From: Squalus acanthias
Lineage: Eukaryota
Reading direction: 5' to 3'
Length of the DNA: 64,000 bases
Assembly: GCA_030390025.1 (NCBI GenBank)
Contig: CM059425.1
Coordinates: forward strand, 175,896,001-175,960,000
Positions 26,337-37,871 of the stretch are shown in pieces (position 1 is the first letter of the stretch; each line of letters opens with the position of its first letter). The notes beneath the pieces were generated by a model that saw nothing but the letters and a program-made list of their open reading frames with translations, was not told the origin of the DNA and did no database searches. The translations under genes and the position numbers were made by a program.

Positions 26337-29300
26337 CTAAATTCTGAACAAGCTGCCACGAGCTCTTCCCCGTTGCGGGGGGGGGGCACTGACCCTTGTC
26401 TTTGATCCGCCGCAGCCTGTCGCTGCTGAGCTGGGACTGGGACTTCCCTGGGCTGCCTTAACCTTACGCTTGGGGGGGTACGAGGGTTCTGAGCACAACT
26501 TCCTGGGCTGGGGTGTCCGACTCGACCTGCGGAGGGCCACCTTGGGCAAGATCTCCAGGACCGACGGACCGGGGACTGGGTCTTCCGCCGTCACGGCCTG
26601 TGGTCCCACCACAGCCGCCGCCTCTGTCTCCCCTGGGTCCGCCCCCCTGGGCTCGGGATCTGCGGTTTCCGACTCCACCCTACTTGTTTCTCCAGTAAGT
26701 GGAACTCCACTCACAATCCCTATATCCCCTATGCTTGGGTCGAGGGCGGAACCTCCGTCCTCCGACCCCACCACCTCTCCGACCGGGTCACTATCTTGGT
26801 TGAGCTCTCCGAGCTCTTCCTCATCTGAATCCCACGAAAAAGAAAAGATCCTACACTTTTCCAGAATGTCCTCTCCCCTCACGCAGGCTGCTTTACCGGC
26901 CTGTGTGCCCTGCGGTTCTACCCGGGGCTGAGAGTCCCCACTCGTAGGTTTGGCCCCTGTGAATGGCCCCTGTGCACCCGGTTTATACAGCTTGCACTGG
27001 TTAATGTGGAAACATTTTGTGCGCCGGGGTACCTTTACGGCATACACCATGGGACTCGCCTTATCTACAATACTGTAGGGTCCCATGTACAGTGGCTCCA
27101 AACTCCCTACTCTGGCATAGTTCCTAACCATGACCTGATCTCCGACTTCCCACTCCTGCTTCTTACGGGGTTCCAGCAACAGGCGATTGCCCTGGTGCTG
27201 TCTTCCCATGTTCCCAGCCGCCTGCTCGTAAACCTGCTTCAGGCGTTCCAAGAGGGTCTGGACAAACTTGTCCCGTTTCACCTCTTGGAGCTGATCCTCA
27301 GTGAGCACCGGGGCTAGTACATGGGTGGGGGATTCGCATGATCCTCCCAGTCATCACCTCGTACGGGGAATACCCCGTACTCTTCGACTGGCTGGCCCGG
27401 ATTCCCATGAGGACTAGAGGCAGAACCTCCGCCCATTTTTGGGGTGAGTTCATAGTCTCCTTCCTCAGTTTTTCCTTGAGGGTCTGGTTCATGCGTTCAA
27501 CAATCCCGGATGACTGGGGATTGTGCGCTACGTGCCACTTCCCTTCAATGCCCAAAAGCATGAGGGTGTTCTGCATCACCTGGCCGGTGAAATGACTCCC
27601 TTGGTCTGACTCCACGAAACGGGGGAGTCCCCACCGCGAGAACACTTCCCGGACCAAGATCTTGGCAGTACCCAGCGCCGTAGCTGTTCTACAGGGAAAG
27701 GCTTCTACCCACTTGGAAAACACATCCACCAGGACGAGGCAGTATTTGTAGCCTCCCTGGGTGGTGGGCAGGGGCCCTATGTAATCGACTTGTATCGACT
27801 GCCATGGTCCCTCCACCCTCCTGATGTGCCCCATGTGCACTTTCCTTTTCTGGGGGTCTGGGTTGTTTGCAGCGCACACAAGACAGCTTGCACAGAACTC
27901 GCGGACCTGATCCCTGAGTCCCGGCCACCATCCCGCCTGCTCTACCTGTTGCCAGGTAACCTCAGGCCCGGGGTGTCCTGCCCCCGGCCCCTCATGAGCC
28001 AGCTGGAGGAATTCCCTCCTGTGCTGCTGCGGCACAACCCACTGTTCCTTGCGGAACAGCATACCTTCTTTAACGGAGAGGGTTGCCGTACTGTACGGGC
28101 CCTCTACCTGCTTGCCCTCAGTAATCGTTCTGAGAACTGCCTTTAGGGCGGGATCCTGGCTCTGGACGGTCTTACGGTCTAGGGGCAGTGCTACCCTGGT
28201 GTTCCCGGGATTCCCTTGGATCGCTGCCACGGGTCCGGGTCCATAGGGGTCCCAGAAAATGCCGTTACGGGCACCCTCCCTGGCTAGCGCATCCGCCTGC
28301 TGGTTGCCTTCCCCGCGGGGTTCTGTGGAGGAGTGAGCTTTCACCTTATGGATGAAAATCTCCCCTTCCTCCCCCACTGCCGCTAGGATCTTTTCCAGCA
28401 AGGGCTTCACCGTTAAAGGTCGCCCGTCCACGGAGGTGTAGCCACGGCGGGACCAAATGGCCAGGTATTCCGTACACGAATTGCACGTAAACATACTGTC
28501 CGAACAAATCGTGTATGGGGTTGGGAAGATCTCTGGGTGGGTAACTACATACGCCACCGCAGACAGCTCAGCCTGCTGCGCGCTCATCGTGCTGGGGAAT
28601 TTAATTGCCAAGGCAAGGTTTGCCGCAGGGTCATAAACTCCACACCCTGTGAGACGTTCGCCAGCGGACACTGTGCTGGAACCATCAACATAAATCTCGC
28701 GGCCGGTGGGATGTATCCCGGCCCGCAAACCTATGTTGACCTCCCACACCCCTTCCACCGAACACTGGTGGGCTGTTCCGGGGTATACCAGGTTGGCCGC
28801 GAGCTTGGGCTCGCAAAGACGTTTAACTCTGAGATCCATCTGGGAAAGGAGAAGGGTCCAGCGCGCAATGCGAGCGCTGCTTACGGTCCCATCCTTAATC
28901 CTCCCATCCAGAAGCATCTTGGTTGGCGTGTGATGGGTGAGGAGAGTGATGGGAGAGAGCCCTGTGAAGATCGCTGATCTTTTCACAGCCCAATGCGTGG
29001 CTAAAAGATGCCTTTCGCAGTTGGAAAAACTCCTTTCCACATCCGTTAACACCCTGGATGAATAAACAACCGGCCTCAGCCTGCCGTGACGCTCTTGGAG
29101 CAGCACTGCGCTCAAGCTGTCTCCGCTGGCAGCTACCTCCAGGAAAAACTCCTCCCCCCCATCTATGGCCCCTAAAGCTGGCGCGGTCTGCAGATCCCTT
29201 TTTAACTTCTCGAATGCTGCCTGACAACCCTCGTCCCAAGACCACTCTACTCCCTTATGGAGGAGTCGGAGCAGCAGAGCTGCTGTGGCCGCATAGTCCT

Positions 29301-30645
29301 CGATGAAGTCTCTACAGTATCCGGTCAGTCCCAGAAAGGACCTCACACCCGTTATGGTGTTGGGAATCGGTAACTCCTGCACCGACTCCCTCCTAGCCTT
29401 ATCTATGGCTCTTTCCCCAGCGCGAATGGTCAGACCCAGGAATTTTACTTCCTGCTGACCGATCCGTGCTTTCTTAGGGTTCACTTTAAAACCCTTTCTC
29501 GCTAGCAGCTCCAATAACTCGGCTAACAGTGGTCCATGCTCCTCCCTTGAGTCTGTGAACAGGAGCAAATCATCCACGTACTGCACTATCTGATTGGGCT
29601 GACTAAACTCCTTTAAACTTCCTGCCATACACTGATGGAAAATACTGGGGCTGTTGTGGAAACCCTGTGGCAAACAGTTCCATGTGTACTGTTGTCCTTT
29701 GAAAGTAAAGGCAAACTTGTACTGGTCCTCTCGCCGCAACGGGATGGACCAAAAACCGTTCGAGATATCCAGCACTGTGAACGTGGTCGCGGACGCTGGG
29801 ATACTCCCTATTAGGTCAGCAACTGCTGCTACTGTGGGCGCGCAGGCGGGGATGTTACTGTTAAGGACTCTGTAGTCCACCGTGGCCCTCCACGAATTAT
29901 CCGGCTTCCTTACCGGCCATAATGGGGAGTTCACGTGTGTGGCTATCGGTCTCAACACGCCCTGCTGCACCAATGAGGACATTGCTGTCTCCATGTCGGG
30001 TTCTGCTTCTTTGGGGAAGTTATACTGCTTTTGGGGCTGGGTCATGGGGTCCCCGTCTACGCTGACCTCAAACCCGGTAACCCTTCCACAATCGTGCTTG
30101 TGGGTTGCAAACGCGTGCATATTATCTGACACGTACGTTTGCATGTCCGTTGGGACATCCGCGACCATAAGCCCGAGGTCGTAACCTCCGGATGGCTTCA
30201 TGGTACACAGGGCCCCTTTTCCTTCCTTCCCTGGGATTACAACTACCTTGCCTTTCCCACCCTTGGCTCCCCAGAGACAGTGATTCCTAAGGTCCACGAG
30301 GATCCCGTGTTCCGCTAGGAGATCCGATCCGAGGATACCTTTGCCACCCCCCTCTTGCCATTTCATCAGGATACACTTCCATGTGGTGTGGAGTGCTCCT
30401 AAATGAATAGAGAGTGGAATGGAGAATGCGCCAGCCTGCTCTTTTCCTGTGAACCCCGCTAATGTGAATGGGACCTTGGTAGACAGTGGTGAGTCAAAGG
30501 GGCTATCTGTATGAATCACGGTGCATGAAGCTCCCGTGTCCAGCAAGTAACTACCCTTCTGCTTCTCTACCTCCATCTCTACCAGGGGTCTTTTCCACGC
30601 ATCATAGCTGAGCGGACACAGGTAGACGGGCTGCGCAGGCATTAG
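26337..30645 (-). pseudogene. pol: Pol polyprotein of provirus 1 (PR-RT-tether-RNase H-IN plus long tail), +1 frameshift near 27330
   Basis: LLDTGAS, LPQGF, YVDD, IYVDGS/AEL/SDS/NQQAD, HHCC, D-D-E (QVDYIG, ESDQG, IVERMN) and GPY. ORFs 27298..30642 and 26337..27308. Confidence 0.92.
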
Positions 30646-32468
30646 TCATTGGGTACCGGTGGGCGGGGTTGTGGCATCTGTGGGGCCGGTAACGACTGCC
30701 ACTCTCCCGTGCGAAATCATAAGAGACCGCATGGCTCCTAACATTGATTCTATCGCATCGGGATGGATAGGCACACCAGCTCCTTTCTCAGAGACAGGCG
30801 CTTGGGTTCGGACTTCGGGAGCTTTTTCCCTGGAGTCCTTCCAGGGATTCCTACAGTTTTTACGCCAGTGACCTGTCTTCCCGCACCCGTAACAAACACT
30901 ACTGGTTTGTGGGGCGCGATTTCCCTCCTGATGCCACTCTTTCTGAGCCGGAGCTGCGGGCTTTGCTTCATGCACCTTTCCCTTAAGGGAACGCGCTCCC
31001 GTGCTTCTAGTGTTCTGACACCCTATGGTGAGGTGACTCAGGACAGATTCCTCCGTTGTCTCGGGGTTGGTGGGATCAAACCATGCTCTGGCCTGCTCCC
31101 TGACGGCTGGCAAGCTGTTGGCTACTATGCACCTGAGCCAATGAGCTTTCCCGGCGTCGTGCAGATAGTTGCGCGCTGGCGCACCTGGGCAGCTACGCTG
31201 GTATACTGGCCACAGTCTGTCGGCGAAAACCCGTGGGGTTCTCCCTCCATCTGCACGGTCTGACCCAGTCTGACGAACGGACCTTCTTCATCCGCCCCCA
31301 ACATTTCTAGGACCTCGTCCTGTAAATCCCCATAGCTTTTAGTTCCCTTTTTGCTCTCATCGGAGAGACACTGAAGGATTGAGCTATCTAAAGAGAACAG
31401 CAACATCTTGGTCTTTTCCTCGTCGTCGCAGCCATTAATCGCTGCGGTCTGTTCTACTTCTCTAAAATGTACGGAAGGGTCTTCTGACTCGGACAGCTTC
31501 CGGACATGGCTAATCATTGCCCTCAGCTGGTGTGAGCTGTGGGGCACTACAAGTTGGTTCAGGATATCCCCGTCTGCCCCATTTGCCCCATTCGGGCCTC
31601 TCTTATGACCTCGGACCGGACACATCGGTCCCGGTCTCGACACTACCTCCGGGGATTGTCCTACCTCGGGAACCTTCTTCTCTATTTCCACCACTTCCTC
31701 CCTTACCCAGGTTTCCGTATAGCTGGGTGGCGCGGAGGGCTTAGTGGTTGATACCACTTCTGCTTTTTCCGGTAGGGATTGTGGGAATTCCCTACCTACC
31801 TGTGGCTGGCTCGCTGATGGGCTGATGAGACACACCAAGCCGTTTGCCTTATTCAGGGCCTCTCTTAGGTTCTCTATCTCCCTCTGGCAAACACTGTGGT
31901 CGGCTCCCTCATTCCTATCCTCGAGAGCCATCTTGTATGCTGCCCTAACTCCCCTCAAGCTTTTTTCCTGGGCCTTTATCTGGTTAGCTAGGCGGATACA
32001 CCGTTCTCTAATCCTTCCCTCACTTAATTTTGCTTCCGTGACCTGACATTCTAGGTAATCAATCCTAGCCTCGTGGTGGTTGGCTACTACTTGGCGTTCC
32101 TGATGTAACGCATTCAATGATGCAATGAGTCTCTGTCCTCCCGTAACCTTTTCCTCCATCTCTGTTTCTAATTCCCTGATCTGAGCTGCCTGTGCTGCAA
32201 TGACCTGGTCCGAAAGTTGGACTTGCTTCTTGTAGCACATCAGCCAGACCGCTTTCTCTACCGACTTCTTATGATCTTTACTAGCTGTCCATTTGATGGC
32301 GGCGTCTAGCGGACGCCTATCCATCAGTAGGTCACATATCCACTGTTTGGTTAAGTTAACTTTCCCAAACACATAGTTGGCTACCTTCTCATCCATCACA
32401 TTTCGCCTATTCAAACCTGGGTCTAAGACATTACTCTCTTGCTGCCAGGGTCCTGCCGTGGTCGTCAT
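30646..32468 (-). pseudogene. gag: Gag of provirus 1, 1-nt deletion near 31236
   Basis: Homologous to the intact gag at 47617..49428, with coiled coil, PSAPPSY and the CYGCGKTGHWRKNC knuckle. Confidence 0.9.
32450..32467 (-). promoter_or_regulatory. Primer binding site of provirus 1 (tRNA-Arg type, imperfect)
   Basis: TGACGACCACGGCAGGAC lies 5 nt after the 5' LTR and differs at two positions from the PBS of provirus 2. Confidence 0.75.
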
Positions 32469-32472
32469 TTTC

Positions 32473-34081
32473 TGTAAGGGGGTGTGTCTCAGACGGTGCT
32501 GGTGCGAGGTTAGGCCTTCGTTGCCTATACTATTGCTTGCTCTGGTCTCCGGCCAGCCTTTTTGCAATAAGCACCTGTGAGTGGTTCGACCCACTCGCCC
32601 TTACGGTTCTGACACCTGGACTTAGATGCAAGGAGCAGTAATGCAGAGAAAACTCAAATAGACCCGGTTGAATAGCACGAAATGAATATCTTTATTGCAT
32701 GGCGTCTAAAATCATGAAATACATGTCATAGGCGCAAATCAAAGAGAGTACAAGTATACACACGTTCATAAAGCTTGGTCTATGGAAATGGAGAACACAC
32801 GGCACATCGTAAAAAGGGGAACACATTATACCTTAACCTTATAAAAACCACCCTCCCTTAACAATACCTAAACTACGTCTGGATTTGTAGGATCGGAAAA
32901 CATGCTCACCACTCGGTTTACTTCGGAGATTTTAAAATGAGGCACTCAGCTCATTTCGCTGCAGCGCCTGACTGTCACGTGTTTGGAAGGGTTTCTGCAC
33001 CCCACTTGTTTACTTTCGCTGCCGCGAAAGGCAAGCCAGACTCCCTGATGTCATGAAGCAGTCGATGGACTCAAACCGTCTTAGAATTCAAAGAAGGATC
33101 TTCCTGTGTTACGGTACATGTAGAAGTCGGTAGAACTCAAAGGAAAGTTCTGTCGTTATATTTTCGGGCGCGGTCGGAGTTTACTGACCGTGGCGGCACG
33201 TGGAATTTCTTCTCGTCTTTCTTCTCGTCTTTCTTCTCGTCACTCGGGCTTCCGGGTCCAGACACCGTTTACCGACACTCGGGATGGTGTACCCTGTTAC
33301 TTGCCCTTGTCGAGGCGGCTCGTTCCGATTGAGCTCCACCCAACACTCGAATAACCGACCAGTACGGCTAAGAGTCAAGAGTCAAGAGAGTCCAGAGAAA
33401 TCAAGCGACCAAAAGTCCAGCCCCAAGGAAAAAAAAGAGCGATGGACATTTGTCCTCTATAGTTATAGTGATGTGTCCGCTTTATCTCCCGCTCAAATCT
33501 AAATGTTTATCCTTTGTGTGATATTGGCGCTCAAAACTCCCAGCATGGGGCGATTATCTTCTTAACGGGTTTCGGTAGCACCTGAAACTGGCCAACTATC
33601 CGTTAATGTCTTCCCCATTGTTGAGCCAGCCAGGATGTGTATGAATCGTCTCCTCGACTGGTTTTGGGGCCCCCCGAATACTGGCTTAAACACCCGCCAA
33701 TGTCTCTCTCATTGTTGAGCCGGGGGGTATTTGTGTATTGATGAATCTGGATGGGCCTTCGATTGCCCAGTTCAATGATCCTTACTGTGCATAGGAAACG
33801 ATTCCAGCACTTATATCATTGCTATTGTTCAAAATGCAAACGGGTTGCATCCTGTCTTTATCAATGTGTACCGAGTACGATCCAATCTCATACTGAATGT
33901 ATATTCAACGCCATCTTGTCTGCCCACTGTGTTTCTGGAAGCTTCTGCCACGATGCGCGGCGGCCATTTTACAGGCTTCTGTGTCCTTTATTATCAGGAC
34001 AGCATTTCGTTTAATAAAAATGATCAATTGAATCTGCTTCTCTCACGTTATTTTGAATCGCGATAATTGCGAAACTCTACA
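32473..34081 (-). repeat. 5' LTR of provirus 1 (1609 bp)
   Basis: Direct repeat of 18017-19627, followed on the minus strand by the PBS and gag. Confidence 0.95.
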
Positions 34082-36199
34082 GATGCATGTCAGGTGAATT
34101 CTTCAAGGGAGAACCAGACCAAGTACAATAAGTTGAGAGGGGAAGTGAAAATGAAAATAAGATTGGCAAAGAGAGAATATGAGAGTAGAATGGTGGTTAA
34201 CATAAAAGGGAACCCAAAAATCTTCTACCGGCATGTAAACAGTAAGCGGGAAGTAAGAGGTGGGGTGGGGCCTATTAGGGACAAAGAAGGTGATATATGC
34301 TTAGAGGCACAGGGCAAGGCTAGAATACTCAATGATTACTTGGTATCGGTGTTTACTAAGGAGGTGGATGCTGACAATATATCGGTAGAAGTGGAAAAGG
34401 TAGAAGCAATGGAAGGGGTGAAAATTGATAGACAGGATGCACTAGAAAGGCTGGGTATGCTTAGAGTGGACAAGTCGCCTGGTCCAGATGGCTTGCATCC
34501 CAGGTTGCTAAGGGAATTGGGGGAGGAGATAGTGGAAGGGCTTGACATAATTTTCCAATCTTCCTTAGATGCGGGGGAGGTGCCTGAATTGGAAAGTGGT
34601 AAATGTAACACCATTGTTCAAGAAAGGATGCAAGGACAATTCTAGTAACTACAGGCACAGTTTAACATCAGTGGTGGGTAAAGTTTTAGAAACAATAAAC
34701 AAGGAAAAAATTAACGGGCACTTGGAGAGGTTTAAGCTAATTAAGGCGAGCCAACATGGATTTGTAAAAGGCAGATCGTGTTTGACTAATCTAATTGAAT
34801 TTTTTGATGAAGTAACAGAGAGGATTGATGAAGGGAATGCAATGGATGTTGTCTACATGGATTTTCGGAAGGCGTTTGACAAAGTACCACATAGAAGGCC
34901 GGTTAACAAAATTGAGACTCATGGAATAGTTGGGTCCCCCGCCTCCAAACCCACCCTCTGAGCGCCGGCAAAATCGCGGTCATAGAATCATAACGGCACA
35001 GAAGGAGGCCATTCGGCCCATCGGGTCTGTGCCAGCTCTCTGTAGAGCAAACCAGTCAGTCCCATTCCCCTGCTCTATCCCCGTAGCCCTGCAAGTTTAT
35101 TTCCCTCAAGTGGCTATCCATTCTCACTTTGAAAACATTGAGTGTGTCCGCTTCCACCACTTCCGTCGGCAGCGAGTTCCAGGTCCTCACCACTCACTGC
35201 GTAAAAAAGTTTTTCCTCACGTTCCCCCTGTATCTCTTGCCCAAAACCTTAAACTTGTGTCCCCTAGTCCTTGTACTATCAACTAGTGGGAACAGCCTTT
35301 CCCCGCCTAGCCTATCCAAACCCATCATAATCTTGTACACCTCTATCAAATCACCCCGCAACCTCCTTTGCTCTAATGAAAATAAATCCAGCTTCTCCAA
35401 CCTGCCCTTGTAGCTAAGATCCCCCATCCTCGGAACCATTCTGGTAAATCTCCTCTGCAGCCTCTCAAGGGCCTTCACATCCTTCCTAAAGTGGCCTAAC
35501 CAGCGCCACAACTGGAGTATTGTACTCAATACCTCAATTTATGAAGCCCAAGATCCCATATGATTTGTTAACCATTCTCTCAATATGTCCCGTCACCTTC
35601 AGGGACCTATGTACATTAACTACCAGGTCCCTCTGTCCCTGCACACTCTGTAAAACTGTACCATTAAGTGTATATTGCCTCTCCCTATTCCTTCTGCCAA
35701 AATTCATCACCTCACACTTCTCTATTAAATTCCATCTGCCACTTGTCTGCCCATTCTATTAGCCTTTCTATGTCCTGTTGCAGTCGATTGGTATCATCAT
35801 CACTGTTTGCTACACCCCCAAATTTGGTATCATCGGCAAATTTAGAAATTCTACTCTGTATTCCAATGTCCAGGTCATTTTTATATATCAAAAAAAGCAG
35901 TGGCCCCAGCACTGACCCTTGGGGAACACCACTGTCTACCATCCTCCAGTCTGAAAAACATTTACCACAACTCGCTGTTTTCTGTCCTTAAGCCAATTCC
36001 TTATCCAAGCTGCCACTGACCCAGAGGTCAAAGTTGTTTCGATTGACGGCGGGTTCGGAACCCTCCGTCATCCCGCCTCCATGCAACTTTGCAAAGTGTT
36101 GGGTCTGGGAGTCCCGATCAGACCCGACTCCAAGCGACGGGAGAGGCTCTTAAGGCAGTTAACTCCTTGCATTAAAATAAATGCCATCCAGCCTTGCCA

Positions 36200-37871
36200 T
36201 ACTCCCTTGTGCCGTTACATATTTGCTCTGCCTTCCAGGCTGACTTGTTTTTTCCTCTATATTTGGCTGTGCATCACCCTCTACTATAGCTCCACTCCGT
36301 ATCCCATCCCCCTGCCAAGTTAGTTTAAACCCCCCCCAACAGCACTAGCAGGATGTTGGTCCTGTTCCGGTTCAAGTGCAACCCGTCCGACTTTTACAGG
36401 TCCCACCTTCCCCAGAAACAGGCCCAGAGATCCAGGAAACTAAAGCCCTCCTTTCTGCACCAACTCTTTAGCCACGCATTCATCTGCTCTATCCTCCTAT
36501 TTCTATACTCACTAGCACGTGGCACCGGGAGTAATCCAGAGATTACAACCTTTGAGGTCCTGCTTTTTAATCTGCTACCTAGCTTCCTAAATTCTTGTTG
36601 CAGGACCTCATCCCTCTTTCTACCTATGTCGTTGGTTCCAATGTGAACCACAACCTCTGACTGTTCGCCCTCCCCCTTCAGAATGCCCTGCAGCCGTTCA
36701 GTGACATCCTTGACCCTGGCACCAGGGAGGCAACATACCATTCTGGAGTCACGTCTGCGGCCGCAGAAACGCCTGTCTGCACCCCTCACTATTGAGTCTC
36801 CTACCACTATTGCCCTTCCACTCTTACTCTCCCCCCTTGTGCAGCTGAGCCACCCACAGTGCCGTGAACTTGGCTCTGGCTGCACTCCCCAGAGGAACTG
36901 TCACTTTCACCGTTTTCCAACACAGAAAAATGGTTGTTGAGTGAGATGCACTCTGGGGCTTTCCTGACTACCTGCCTGCCCCCCTTCTTCTGACTGGTGG
37001 TCTCCCACTCCCTCTCTGACTGCACTTTCTTAAGCTGCGGGGTGACCACGTCTAAAAACGTGCTATCCACGTAACTCTCAGCCTCGCGGATACACCACAG
37101 TGCCTCCAGCTGATGCTCAAGCTCCGAAAACTGGATCTCAAGTTGGCCAAACCGTTGGCACTTACTGCACATGTGGTCACCCTGACTGCAAGAAGCATCT
37201 AGGTATTCCCACATGCTGCAGGCTGTGCAACGCACGGGACTGAGGTCCCCTGACATACTTTTAATTAAAAAACTCTCACCTCAAATTTAAACTCTCGGAT
37301 TCTCGCTCTCCCGAACTACCTTAACTATGAACTACCTTAAAAGAAATAAACTTAAAATTGTAGAAAAAAAAAGCACTCACTCACTGCTCACCAATCAGCT
37401 TCTTCCCCTGTGCCAGCATCACTTTCTGTACTGTGACATCACTCTCGAATTCTGCCGCCGCTCCTGCTGCTCGACTAGGCCTGAAAATCACCGACCTTTA
37501 TTTTCTCCCACAGACGCTGCTCCCTCGCAGGTCCGCCGCTCCCGCTGCTGCCGTTGCTCTGTTTACTCTCAGAATCTCCCGCCCTGTTTACTCACAGAAT
37601 CTCCCGCCCTGTTTACTCACAGAATCTTCCGCCCTGTTTACTCACAGAATCTCCCGCCCTGTTTACTCACGGAATCTTCCGCCCTGTTTACTCACAGAAT
37701 CTCCCGCCCTGTTTACTCACAGAATCTTCCGCCCTGTTTACTCACAGAATCTCCCGCCCTGTTTACTCACAGAATCTCCCGCCCTGTTTACTCACAGAAT
37801 CTTCCGCCCTGTTTACTCACAGAATCTCCCGCCCTGTTTACTCACAGAATCTCCCGACTTCTTTACTCACA
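36200..37871 (-). mobile_element. 5' portion of another CR1 (5' UTR with minisatellite, and ORF1)
   Basis: ORFs 36807..37256 (CTAC...CSKC) and 36394..36885 (VVGDSIVRG, HIGTNDI) form a frameshifted CR1 ORF1. Confidence 0.85.
37559..37871. repeat. 25-bp minisatellite, about 12.5 copies
   Basis: The unit CTGTTTACTCACAGAATCTYCCGCC is repeated in tandem. Confidence 0.95.

Larger units (their letters stand above)
18017..34081 (-). mobile_element. Provirus 1: full-length lokiretrovirus-like endogenous element (LTR-gag-pol-env-LTR), disrupted
   Basis: Direct LTRs 18017-19627 and 32473-34081 with TGTA...TACA ends and a 4-bp TSD GATG (18013-16 / 34082-85). PBS, PPT, gag, two-RNase-H pol and env are present. 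Confidence 0.92.
15640..36017 (+). mobile_element. Originally full-length CR1 LINE, split by provirus 1, with its 3' 1.08 kb inverted
   Basis: Repetitive 5' UTR, then ORF1 (15999..16934) and ORF2 (16990..18016). ORF2 resumes at 34082 (YDA-CQVNSSRENQ) and runs to 34936. The remainder lies on the minus strand at 34981..36017. Confidence 0.9.
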
